Assembly (NCBI GenBank): GCA_002811645.1
Contig: PDIP01000043.1
Coordinates: 18,437 to 82,436 of the forward strand
Reading direction: 5' to 3'
Origin: Corallochytrium limacisporum Hawaii
Taxonomy: Eukaryota; Protista; Pluriformea
Length of the DNA: 64,000 nucleotides
Part shown: positions 45,546 through 55,326 of the stretch, piece by piece
Numbering within the stretch: the stretch's first letter is position 1
Layout: the number at the start of each line of letters is the position of its first letter
The notes under the pieces: generated by a model
Seen by the model: the letters and a program-made list of their open reading frames with translations, nothing else
Database searches by the model: none
Told to the model about the DNA's origin: nothing
Program-made: the position numbers and the translations under genes

Positions 45546-46481
45546 ATGTCGGAACTAACCGACATTGAGAGGCTATACCTGGCCTGCAACCGTGGCGACT
45601 TGGATAAGGTCCGTGAACTCATTCAAGCCGAGCCTGGACTAGTCAACCAGACCTCCGCCAACAAGGGCTGGACACCATTGCACCACGCCGTGCGTAATGG
45701 ACAAAACGGGGTCGTGAGCCATTTACTGAGCAAGGGTGCAGACCCGAACATCAAAGAAAAGACGGGAAACACGGCAATGCACTACGCGTCATTTTACGGA
45801 TCCCACGCAACAGTCCAGCTGCTGTTGCAGAATGAGGGTAAACCTGCTGACATCAATGCCAAGGACTACGATGACATCACTCCCCTCCATGTTGCCGTAG
45901 CGTATGCGTCCAACAAATTTGTGGACTATCTTATGCAACAGGATGGCATCGATAAGAATCCACACTCCAAGCAGATGGGATCTACCCCACTGATGCAGGC
46001 CTGTTTTGCTAGTAAGTTTATGGTCTCCTATGCACTGGTCAAGGGTGGCGCGGATGTCAAGACCAGGGACAACAGCGGTAACACAGCCCTTCATTTCGCA
46101 ACACAAGCCAAGAACGAGCAGATTGTGGACCTCCTCTTGGATGCCGGGGCAGACGCCAATGTCACGAACAACGAGCGCATGACCCCGCTGGACGTTGCGA
46201 AGCTGATCGACGCTCCGGCTCGTCTACAAAAAACCTTGGACTCCAAGACGGACAGGGAAGCCGTGGCAAACCAGGATCAGCGGGTGAGTCTCGTGCAGGG
46301 CATTGAAGCCATGCAACGAGGATGGAACCGTCTCAGTGTTTTTTCCGAGGACGAGGAGGGCAGTGAACTCCTCAGGGCCGCACAGGCCACAGGTGAGAGC
46401 CTGGCCACCATTGCGGAAGGTGCAGAAAAGGACGGTGACGTCGAGGAGGCCGCGCTACCCCAATTGCTCGCAGTGGCTTGA
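45546..46481 (+). CDS. Ankyrin repeat protein
   Basis: GWTPLHHA, GNTAMHYA, ITPLHVA, GSTPLMQA and GNTALHFA repeats; first ATG at 45546. Confidence 0.92.
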   Translation: MSELTDIERLYLACNRGDLDKVRELIQAEPGLVNQTSANKGWTPLHHAVRNGQNGVVSHLLSKGADPNIKEKTGNTAMHYASFYGSHATVQLLLQNEGKPADINAKDYDDITPLHVAVAYASNKFVDYLMQQDGIDKNPHSKQMGSTPLMQACFASKFMVSYALVKGGADVKTRDNSGNTALHFATQAKNEQIVDLLLDAGADANVTNNERMTPLDVAKLIDAPARLQKTLDSKTDREAVANQDQRVSLVQGIEAMQRGWNRLSVFSEDEEGSELLRAAQATGESLATIAEGAEKDGDVEEAALPQLLAVA

Positions 46482-46639
46482 GGTGTGAAATGGTCAGCGT
46501 CCGAATCCATGTCTTTCATATCGAACGAGACAGGAAAACACTGAAAGAACAGAACGTATGTCCCATATATTTTTTATACGTGTGTATGTGTTGGTTTGGC
46601 GTTTCTTTCTTTTTGATATTGTGATGATGAACATTTTCC

Positions 46640-49600
46640 TCACGCAGCATTACCACCTGCGTCGGGTCCGGGTTCGGGCACGTCGGACGTCGATGGCTGG
46701 TTGCCATGTTCCGTTTGCTGCGACTCTTGCTTCAGCTCATCTGGCGTCTCTTTGTCTTGGCCGGGCCGGTGCGCGGAGTATGTCAAACCGGTCATATTCT
46801 TCAGAGCGCCCGTGACGGTGTTGGTGCTGGCACCGACATCGTCATCACCTCCTTTTGCGTTGGCCGGTGATGTGTCCTCTTGCTCAAACATTGCGGTCGT
46901 GTTTGCCGTGTAGTTCAGGGGCACGTCCATGAGTTCGTCCCAGTCCTCATCACCATCATCATCGTCGACCATAGCCTGAGCAGTTTCCTTCGATACACCA
47001 CCACGGCCATACTCGTGCAAAGCGACGAAGGCCTGGTATTCCTCTCGTTCTTGCGCGACCTTAATATCTTGGGGAACATCAGGCACCAGAAATCGCACCG
47101 TGGCCACAATCAAAAAGACTATGTGCTCAAAGAGTAGGATGAACACTACACGCCAGAGAATGGATTGGTAGTAAAAGTCAGGGTCCGTCTCCTGGAAATC
47201 GAGCCAGACACAGTCTGTGTCGCCGACTGCAGTATCCCCGTTTGATGGTGCCGGTCCGGTCACCTGCGCCTCGACATAACCATTTAGAGATCCATTCTGC
47301 GCAACCCACAGAGCCCTGGGCACATATTCCGAGGTGATGCCAATGATCAATGCATTAAAAACGACAGCCAAGAAGGCCATACCTTCGAAAATGGACTGCC
47401 ATGTACCAATGTCTTGGGCACGTTCGGCGATAGGACGACGGAAATTGCGGAGGAACTTGGTGGCATCCAAGCGCATTTCAATGACATTGTTCAGCAGGGC
47501 CAATGCCGGGGCCAACGGGAAGGCAGGCACAAACAGACTCATAGTGCCGAACTGAATAACAAGTTCCATATACTCCGGATCGAGGGAACCGAAGGGGCTC
47601 AATTCATAGTCGGCCTCCCAACGGAAATCTTGCTTGTCAATTAGCTTGCTTTTGTCGGCAAGGGTACCTTTGCGGGTCACGGACGCGCTGCCTGGATTGG
47701 TGCTCTCGCCCTCTGTTTCGTCAGCATTGTCTTCGGTGGTCGCTGATTTCTCCTGTTCCTCAGGTGCGATCTTTTCCGGCTGATGAGTGGCGACCTTCTT
47801 GTCCCCACCACTCCACATCTTGGCCGTATAGGCGTTAATTGTCGGCATCAACATCTCCACCACATTCATAAACAGACCCTTTGACACCAAAATGACAGCG
47901 CTGAAGAGACCCAACTCTGCCATGCACCCGCCTGGGGGACAGGAGTCCAATTCCACACCAAAGATTTCCTGGCGCTCACCTGGCTGGGGCAGGATAAATG
48001 GCTTGTAGAAAGCAATGTAAATCATCGGAGAGTACGTATTGAAGAAATTGAACAGAAATTCCTTGACGTTCAGCGAGTCGCGGTACGACATCTTCGTCTG
48101 ATGGTTTTCCCAATCTGTAAGGACTCGGGCAAGCTTTGTGTAAATCAGGCCGAGGATGTTAATAACAATGACGTTAATGATGGCACCAGTGACACTGGCC
48201 GTGATCGTACCCGCCAACTGGTTTTCAATGGACTTCTTGATGAGGACTCTGTACAGAACAACTGCAATGGTGGCGATGAAGACAATGAAGATGAAAACGA
48301 GAAGGACACTGCCAGATGCAGCTTGTTTGGCCTGGGTGAAGAAGCGCGGGTAGTACTCTTCGGTATCGCCGGTTACGGGCGAGACACGTTTGCCCAGCGG
48401 CTTGAATTGGGGACGTTTCGTGGAGTTCTCTTCCGCGTTGGTGGCAAACCATTCGTAGGCAGCACGGCTCTGGCGGCGTTTCCAGAACTCCAGGTACAAA
48501 GAAGCCCACAGGGCCATAACTATCGTGAAAGGCAGAGTAAACGCGTTGTCAAAGAGCACTGAGAGTCGAACGGTAGTACAGGTCTCCTCGAATGTCTGCG
48601 GCTCGTAGCTTGAGATCGTCGAGCATAGTACTTCGTTCTCTGTCGCCCCTTCCGGGTCGCAGAAGGACTCAGTGAAGTCGTTACCAGCAATGGCAATGAC
48701 CAGTCCATAAATAGCGGCTGCGATTCCGACAATGGCTGGCAGGATCATGGTTTGCGTGTAGAGTCCCAGCCAGACAAAATAAAATGCGATATTCTCCCCG
48801 AAGTAAGACATCACGCGGTTTTGAGGCTGCAGACGTCTCCAATTGTCCCAATTCCCCCAGAACCGCGTCAGCCATTGGCGGTCAGTCAGCAGATCTTCTT
48901 CGATCAGCTCCAAAGACAAAATTCGGCGCATAGGGCTCATGTCCCTATCACCCTCCATTGGCGCATCCAAGACTACATTTGATGCTTGCTCTTTTCTCTT
49001 TAGCCGGCTGGTCGCGTACTCTAGCGCATTCTGTTTCAGAGGACCGTCATGCAACGGGTAGTATGCCTGGAACAGATTTCGACCGATAGCACCTTCAATG
49101 CCCTTCTGCCACGGTTCTGAACCCCATGTGAAGTTCTCAAGGATTTGTCCACACAAGGCACTGCGGGTGGCCTTGGAGAAGAGGGACTCTGGATTCTCAC
49201 TGCCCTTGAAATTATGTGCCTGGTCCATTCGGAACCGACTGACAAGAGTGGTACCCTGAATTTTTGCCCGCTCTGGCTTTGACCTTGACTTCACTTCGAA
49301 ACGATTTTTCAAATTAGGCGCAGTCTTGTTACGCACGCGGTGGTACCAGTCGTTCTTGCGGGTGATCGGTACACCCTCAGCGGTCTTTTTCAGTGGCACC
49401 CGCAAATGGCTCAATTCTGCCTCTGCGTACAGAGCTTCCTGGGTGACATGCAACAGAGTATAAATCTTTTTCCCTCCACGGCTTTTGACGCGCTCAACCT
49501 GAAAGCCATACGTGTCCCGCAGTTCTCGCAGCATCATGACCCGAAGTTTAGTCTTGTTGGTAGTCCCGTCAGCTTCCGCGACCTGGCCGTTCGCCTGGTT

Positions 49601-49795
49601 GTTTCGTGTCTCATTGTCAATGTCATTCACCAAGACCATATCAATAAGAGACCCATCTGTCATGTGCAAAGTGTCATAAGCGTCTTTAAATGCCGAGGGC
49701 GGCAAGATCGGGAACTCATGCTCATAACTGTCCTCACTTGATTGTCGAAGGGATCTGGCAGGTGACTCCCCCAATTCTGCCTTCTTGATGTCCAT
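46640..49795 (-). CDS. Anoctamin / TMEM16 calcium-activated channel or scramblase
   Basis: YPLHDG, YFGE.IAFYF.WLG.YT, LEFWKR, LTDWENH.T, EYMELVIQFG, AFPLAP, NN..E.RLDA.K and DIG.W motifs; multiple TM segments. Confidence 0.96.
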   Translation of the reverse strand: MDIKKAELGESPARSLRQSSEDSYEHEFPILPPSAFKDAYDTLHMTDGSLIDMVLVNDIDNETRNNQANGQVAEADGTTNKTKLRVMMLRELRDTYGFQVERVKSRGGKKIYTLLHVTQEALYAEAELSHLRVPLKKTAEGVPITRKNDWYHRVRNKTAPNLKNRFEVKSRSKPERAKIQGTTLVSRFRMDQAHNFKGSENPESLFSKATRSALCGQILENFTWGSEPWQKGIEGAIGRNLFQAYYPLHDGPLKQNALEYATSRLKRKEQASNVVLDAPMEGDRDMSPMRRILSLELIEEDLLTDRQWLTRFWGNWDNWRRLQPQNRVMSYFGENIAFYFVWLGLYTQTMILPAIVGIAAAIYGLVIAIAGNDFTESFCDPEGATENEVLCSTISSYEPQTFEETCTTVRLSVLFDNAFTLPFTIVMALWASLYLEFWKRRQSRAAYEWFATNAEENSTKRPQFKPLGKRVSPVTGDTEEYYPRFFTQAKQAASGSVLLVFIFIVFIATIAVVLYRVLIKKSIENQLAGTITASVTGAIINVIVINILGLIYTKLARVLTDWENHQTKMSYRDSLNVKEFLFNFFNTYSPMIYIAFYKPFILPQPGERQEIFGVELDSCPPGGCMAELGLFSAVILVSKGLFMNVVEMLMPTINAYTAKMWSGGDKKVATHQPEKIAPEEQEKSATTEDNADETEGESTNPGSASVTRKGTLADKSKLIDKQDFRWEADYELSPFGSLDPEYMELVIQFGTMSLFVPAFPLAPALALLNNVIEMRLDATKFLRNFRRPIAERAQDIGTWQSIFEGMAFLAVVFNALIIGITSEYVPRALWVAQNGSLNGYVEAQVTGPAPSNGDTAVGDTDCVWLDFQETDPDFYYQSILWRVVFILLFEHIVFLIVATVRFLVPDVPQDIKVAQEREEYQAFVALHEYGRGGVSKETAQAMVDDDDGDEDWDELMDVPLNYTANTTAMFEQEDTSPANAKGGDDDVGASTNTVTGALKNMTGLTYSAHRPGQDKETPDELKQESQQTEHGNQPSTSDVPEPGPDAGGNAA

Positions 49796-51368
49796 TATGA
49801 GAGACTAAACTTTGACCTCACTAATTCCACAGTGTCTATGGGTTTGCGTTCTGCCAATTAAATCATATTATTGCACGATTTATCACTCAAACCAAACTAG
49901 GTCTTCACACGGAGACACTTCACCATTCCAACTTGTAGTGTACCAGAACGATTACGATTATTTGACAGGTCTTTTGAAATAGGTACAAGTTGTACTATGT
50001 ATCGATATCATATTCATGTACTTAATCAAGGCAGCCATGTCCAAGAATTGGCTTTTTACAAAGAACTACTACTTTCACATTCGTGCGGTTTCTCCTATTG
50101 TCAACGACGACATCGATCGTCTCCACCTCCCCCCCCCCGGTCCGCCGTTCCCTACGTGCGCTGAGACTCTTTATGGTGAAGCCCCTGGGCGCCCATCATA
50201 CAAGAAGGCAAATGCGAGACTGGTGAAACGGCAGCAGTAGCCGCCCGTATTCCCTGGCAGGGTAAGAGAATTTTTTACAGTTACCAGTTGGGTGGTAAGG
50301 TAAGCTGGCATTTAGCAGCAGCGGTAGAAGCCATCGGCAACGACGGCCCTCCCGCGGGGTTGGCCCTCCTTTTCGACCATACCCATCGGCGCCTAAGCGA
50401 ATTACCCTCGGTTCGTTCAGTGGGCAACGAGCATTACCTACCTTCCTAGGCAAATCCCGCGGCAATACCTTCCAAAGGGGCCAACCGAGGAGTTTCTCGC
50501 ACTCCACTCATTCATTTTTCTTTTCTTGAATGGTCTCCCCTACGTCTCCCCCCCCCCCTCCTCGTCCCCGCCTTCTCAACTCCCAAGTTTCTGTCACATT
50601 CTTTCTCCTTGGTTTCCAAGGTTTTCGCAGACCACCCAGCCATCCAATACTGCCAGTCCCGACCCTGGGGCCCCTAGGCCCGTTCCTAGCCGTTCCAAAC
50701 GGGAGTCTAATTTCCCCAGATACGGGTCCCCTGGGGGGGAGGAGGCCTACCTGGCCACAGTACTGAAACTATGGAAAAATACCTCTTCAAGTGTTTCGCC
50801 CTACCATTCGTTCAGTAGAGAATCCGAAACGAAAGAGAAAAAGAAAAGCACTGATCACGGGTGCTGACCCGGTCCAACCGTCATTGCTGCCGCCGTTGGC
50901 ATTTCGGTAGTAAATGTAGGGGACAGCGGACCTGCGAGACTGTGGTTTTTTTTGCCTTGCCTCTGCACTCTTCGCTCAGCATCTTCTCGAGAAAGCCCGG
51001 CTGCATTGGGTATAATTATGGGCCTTTCCTCATAGTTTCAGTATGGACCACAAGACCTGCTGATCTCCCATTGAGAACTTTCTGTGCTGCAGGTAAAAAG
51101 TTTCAAACGCCTCCTAGATGTCACAGGACAGGAGGACGGGTCTGAGACCCTCCACGTACGGACCCGCACAGAAAAACCAATGAGACGGACACCACAACAG
51201 GGGCCGTTGTGATATGAGGGCTACTTAAGGGACCCGCGGGACTTCGCTCAACAGCAGGAAGTTAGAATCGCCGTAGTGTAGAGTCGAAAAGCCGCAATTA
51301 GGCATAGAATCATATTTCAATGACGACAGCAGTGGCAGCTCTTTATTGGATAGACACCCCAAGGGGTC

Positions 51369-52784
51369 ATGTTTGAGAAGGTCGGCGAACTACGCTTGCT
51401 GTCGCGCGTAGTTCAGCCACTCTGTAGTACCAATAGTAAGGCAGTAAATGCATTGGGACTCTGCACAGACTACAGGCCACCACCTGTGCTGGCATCAACA
51501 CCAACAACAACCTGTCGGTCCCATGTCACCCAAACAAACGGTGGCGATCCGACGATGGGAGATCGACGCACATCCCCGCCGTTGCTTCCTTTCACCTTCC
51601 TTGATCCGGAGACTTGGAATCCGCTAGAGCCCGGAGAAGTCCTTCGACGAATAACCGAGTCTAAGGTTGTGCTCTTCGGGGAGCAGCATGAACAAGCAGA
51701 CGTCCTTAAGGCTCAGATGTGGGTTGTGACCTCCCTGTACCGGACCCTGACGGGAGCTGCACCAACCCCGGTTGAGTCAGAGTCTGCTGATCCAACGGTG
51801 AACATGAACATAGTTATGGAGCAATTTAGCCTGCGCCATAATCAATTCCTTGAGCGGTTCAATCGCGGAGACTTAAGTGTGGACGAGGTACTGGCCCTGC
51901 GGGAGGAGGACAATACTGAAGGCTTCGACTTTGATAATTACTACCGATTCATTCTAGAGGCCGGCAAGATGACAGGAGCATCATTCTATGGTGGGTTTAT
52001 TCCAAGGCCTTTTGCGCGTCTCTTGGTGAACAAGGCAAAGGCACAACCACAGCAGGCACTGTCTTCGTCTTCGTCGGCATCGGCGCCTGTAAATGAATCG
52101 TGTCCAGCCGTATCAGCAACCAAAGTTCCGGATGCAACACAGGGTAGCAGTGTGGAGGGCGAGGCACCGGTGTCTACAGAGGCCATGCATATTATCAACA
52201 ACGCCTGTGCAGAATTGTGGGGCTTTAGTATGTCTAACCACATTCCAGGCCATGAAGGCCACTTGAGATACTTTAGCTACCTCATCTCCGGCCAGTACGA
52301 CAAGACGAAGCGCGTGGAGCGTGGCCGTGGCATCTTTGGTGCTCAGACGATTAAAGACTCGAGCATGGCCTACGCCATTGATCGACTGGTCACGCAGAGC
52401 ACGACTCAGAGTGGCGACACGGAGACAGGGGTATCAGCAACCCTCGAGAATAACAAGGTCATCGACGGCACAGTGCCCAAGGTCATAGGTATTATGGGAT
52501 CCGGTCACATTGACTACGGATTCGGTGTCCCGGAACGTCTGCTTAGTCTTGGACATGTGCGTAAGGAAGACATGATAACCATCTCGTGCAGGTCTTCGCT
52601 GATGCTGGAAGAAGCCAAGCGCCTGCAGGCGGAGATCGGGAAACCAATTGCAGATGTTGTCATTGTCTACGAGGACGATAATTCCTTCTCTCCTGCGACC
52701 CGACCACCCCAGGCGGAGGGTCACAGTGCGCCAAAGAAGCAACAGGGAAAAAGGGCCGGTGACGGGAACGGCGAAGGAAAGTAG
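51369..52784 (+). CDS. ChaN/PhuW-like haem-binding uptake family protein (Tiki superfamily)
   Basis: VVLFGEQH, MEQF, IPR, AQ..KD..MA and GSGHIDYGFGVPERL motifs. The start may be at this or a downstream ATG. Confidence 0.8.
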   Translation: MFEKVGELRLLSRVVQPLCSTNSKAVNALGLCTDYRPPPVLASTPTTTCRSHVTQTNGGDPTMGDRRTSPPLLPFTFLDPETWNPLEPGEVLRRITESKVVLFGEQHEQADVLKAQMWVVTSLYRTLTGAAPTPVESESADPTVNMNIVMEQFSLRHNQFLERFNRGDLSVDEVLALREEDNTEGFDFDNYYRFILEAGKMTGASFYGGFIPRPFARLLVNKAKAQPQQALSSSSSASAPVNESCPAVSATKVPDATQGSSVEGEAPVSTEAMHIINNACAELWGFSMSNHIPGHEGHLRYFSYLISGQYDKTKRVERGRGIFGAQTIKDSSMAYAIDRLVTQSTTQSGDTETGVSATLENNKVIDGTVPKVIGIMGSGHIDYGFGVPERLLSLGHVRKEDMITISCRSSLMLEEAKRLQAEIGKPIADVVIVYEDDNSFSPATRPPQAEGHSAPKKQQGKRAGDGNGEGK

Positions 52785-52961
52785 AACGTAGTGGCATTAG
52801 ATCATGACCGCTGGAGTATCAACACACACGATAGCAACGAAAATTTCACAATTCAACATTGCGCTGCAAATTTAAAAGCAACAAACAATGGATCTAGACG
52901 TTTACAACTGACTCAGTATGTAGTGACATTATCCACAAGAACACGCCACTTCAATGTCTTC

Positions 52962-53771
52962 TCAGTAGCGCAAGCTCAGACAGGTCAAGGCCCCATCCAT
53001 CTTCCGAAACTCTGACATGTCAAGCTCTACAATGTTCTCTTCTTTGTAGTATTGTAGTGCGATTTTCTTCAGGGCAGGACATCCCTGGAGCATGAACAGT
53101 CGGTCATTGACGGGCATGACATCTGCTGCAAACCCCTCAGAGGGCGGCAAGGTGTGCACTACCTTGGCCCACGAACTGAAATCGTAGTCCGTCTTGAACG
53201 TCGGGTCGCGGACCAGCACACCAGGGGCAAGTTCAGTGATTCCGGACTTCAAATGTAGCACTCCTCCGACTTTGACGCCTTCCACTTTGATCCCAGGCAA
53301 TTCTGCCTCAAGTGCAGCCTTGAAAGCCGCAAGGCCGGCCGCATTCGTGCGCTCTGACTGGCCGACCAGCACGCGATCGGAACAGATCAGCACATCTCCG
53401 CCGTCCAGGCTGGCGCCATCTTCCTGAGCCTCGGCCTTGGTTGTTAAATCTCTGCCAAGCAAGTCAATTAGAGCATCAGCTTCACCCCTGCGGCCCTCGG
53501 CTCCGGAGTTGCAAACATAGTACATGTTGCGGAAGACGATGACGGGATCCTCCACAAAGTGGCCGTCTGGGAAGGCAGCGTTCTCAGGCAGAACTCTAAC
53601 GTGCAGCTCAGGATCGGCCTTCAAAGCCTCCACATACCTGTTATGTTGCTCCAAGGCAAGTTCATAGTCCGGTTTACCCAGGTCGGCAGTCGTGATTCCT
53701 TGGTCAAAGGTAGGCGCCGGCAGACGGCAGATTATCTTCTGAAAGCGAGGCAGGAGGTGCTCGATCGTCAT
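52962..53771 (-). CDS. Dimethylarginine dimethylaminohydrolase (amidinotransferase fold), bacterial-type
   Basis: LGKPDY..ALEQH, FVEDP, RRGE, LDGGDV, LHLKS and KMDGALTCLS motifs; catalytic Asp, His and Cys present. Confidence 0.9.
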   Translation of the reverse strand: MTIEHLLPRFQKIICRLPAPTFDQGITTADLGKPDYELALEQHNRYVEALKADPELHVRVLPENAAFPDGHFVEDPVIVFRNMYYVCNSGAEGRRGEADALIDLLGRDLTTKAEAQEDGASLDGGDVLICSDRVLVGQSERTNAAGLAAFKAALEAELPGIKVEGVKVGGVLHLKSGITELAPGVLVRDPTFKTDYDFSSWAKVVHTLPPSEGFAADVMPVNDRLFMLQGCPALKKIALQYYKEENIVELDMSEFRKMDGALTCLSLRY

Positions 53772-54295
53772 CTTTCCGCCACTACACTACGGGGCACAAA
53801 GCAAGATTCAGTTCTGATCATCTTTAATGCATAAAAATAACAATGAGAAGGACGCGTACAGTTCCTGAAACACCAGGCCAAGACCACCAGCCTTGGATTC
53901 GCGTCAGATGATGCCAAGCCACCACCTCTCCCCGCCCGCTCCCGTTTTCGTCATATTCGGGTACCACCAGTCCCCGCCGGCCGAGCGGATGGGTTTTCAA
54001 CGCGTCGGCAGGTCCCTCCGCTGTTTCGTTTGCTTACTCTTCCCATCGTCGTCGACCCGTCCGAACGGTTGAGAGCCCGCGAACCCTCCGGGGAGGGGGA
54101 AAATAAATTTGGGGGAGAGCTTTTTGGTTTAGAAAAAGAGTTTTCGGTGGGGGTTCTCCGCCGCTTTCTCCGCCGCTTTGAGCTGCTGCTCTCTTCCGCC
54201 GCTAATGGCCCCGGGAAACGAGAATCCTGCCTCGCATTCCGGACCCGCCCGCGGGGGTGGGGGGTGGGGAGTGAGGCGGATGAAGTCTCACTTGA

Positions 54296-54494
54296 NNNNN
54301 NNNNNNNNNNNNNNNNNNNNNNNNNNNNNNNNNNNNNNNNNNNNNNNNNNNNNNNNNNNNNNNNNNNNNNNNNNNNNNNNNNNNNNNNNNNNNNNNNNNN
54401 NNNNNNNNNNNNNNNNNNNNNNNNNNNNNNNNNNNNNNNNNNNNNNNNNNNNNNNNNNNNNNNNNNNNNNNNNNNNNNNNNNNNNNNNNNNNNN
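54296..54494. other. Assembly gap (199 N) with the same 30-mer on both sides
   Basis: GGGGAGTGAGGCGGATGAAGTCTCACTTGA at 54266-54295 and 54498-54527. Confidence 0.97.
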
Positions 54495-55326
54495 GGGGGG
54501 GAGTGAGGCGGATGAAGTCTCACTTGATCAGGGGCCTATTTTTCCGCCGGTTCCGATTTCCTCGCGCCCTCTGTGTCCCAAACCCAGGCGTCGGGAGCGA
54601 AAAAGTGCCCCGCTTTACTTGGGCGGAGACCGACTGTTCGACTCTCTGCCCTTTGGCGTTGCCGAAGCCCGAGCGGTCACGTCGGACACGTGGAGAGGGG
54701 GTCCGTTTTTTTTTTTTTTCGTGCTCGACTTTTTCGCTTTGAAATGGCCCCTTTTTGATTCTTTCTTTTTTCCAGGAACGCCCCCCCCGCGCAGGCGAAC
54801 GGAGGGGGTTGAACGCTGGCTGAATCATCGGGGGTGAGAAGGGGGGCTCACTGGCTGAGCGAGACCCCCGAGGGTGCGAGAGTGAAACGGTCGGTCTTGC
54901 ACCACCGAAGGTGAACCGACAGATCTGGGCAAGGGACGGACGGAGGGAGGCTTCCTCCCCGCGTGCGACGACGACGGCGGCACCTCTGCTGCTATCGTGG
55001 TGCCGTAGCCCTGTACACTTTGAGACATGGAGAAAAGGGTCGAAGAGTACGATAATTCCCATCCATGATTTGGCAATTGACCGTTCTCCGAGAATACATT
55101 AAAGGTATCTCAGCCACTACATCCAAGTCACCATCTCAAAATTCATACTCCCGTTGAACCAGGAAGACTCCGTTCGAGAACAACAAACGGGACAATCCTA
55201 TATACTCGAGTGGAACGTGGACGCGAGAAGAAGAAACAACGATGGCATAGAGGCTTCTTCAAAGTTAAGAAAGAACTAATTCAACAATTGTATTTCGGTT
55301 TCACGTGTTCCAAGTAGATACAAAAC

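Noticed and set aside
33428-54837. Long ORFs containing X runs near 33.4-34.2, 44.0-45.3 and 54.0-54.8 kb
   Set aside because: They are open only because they cross N gaps.
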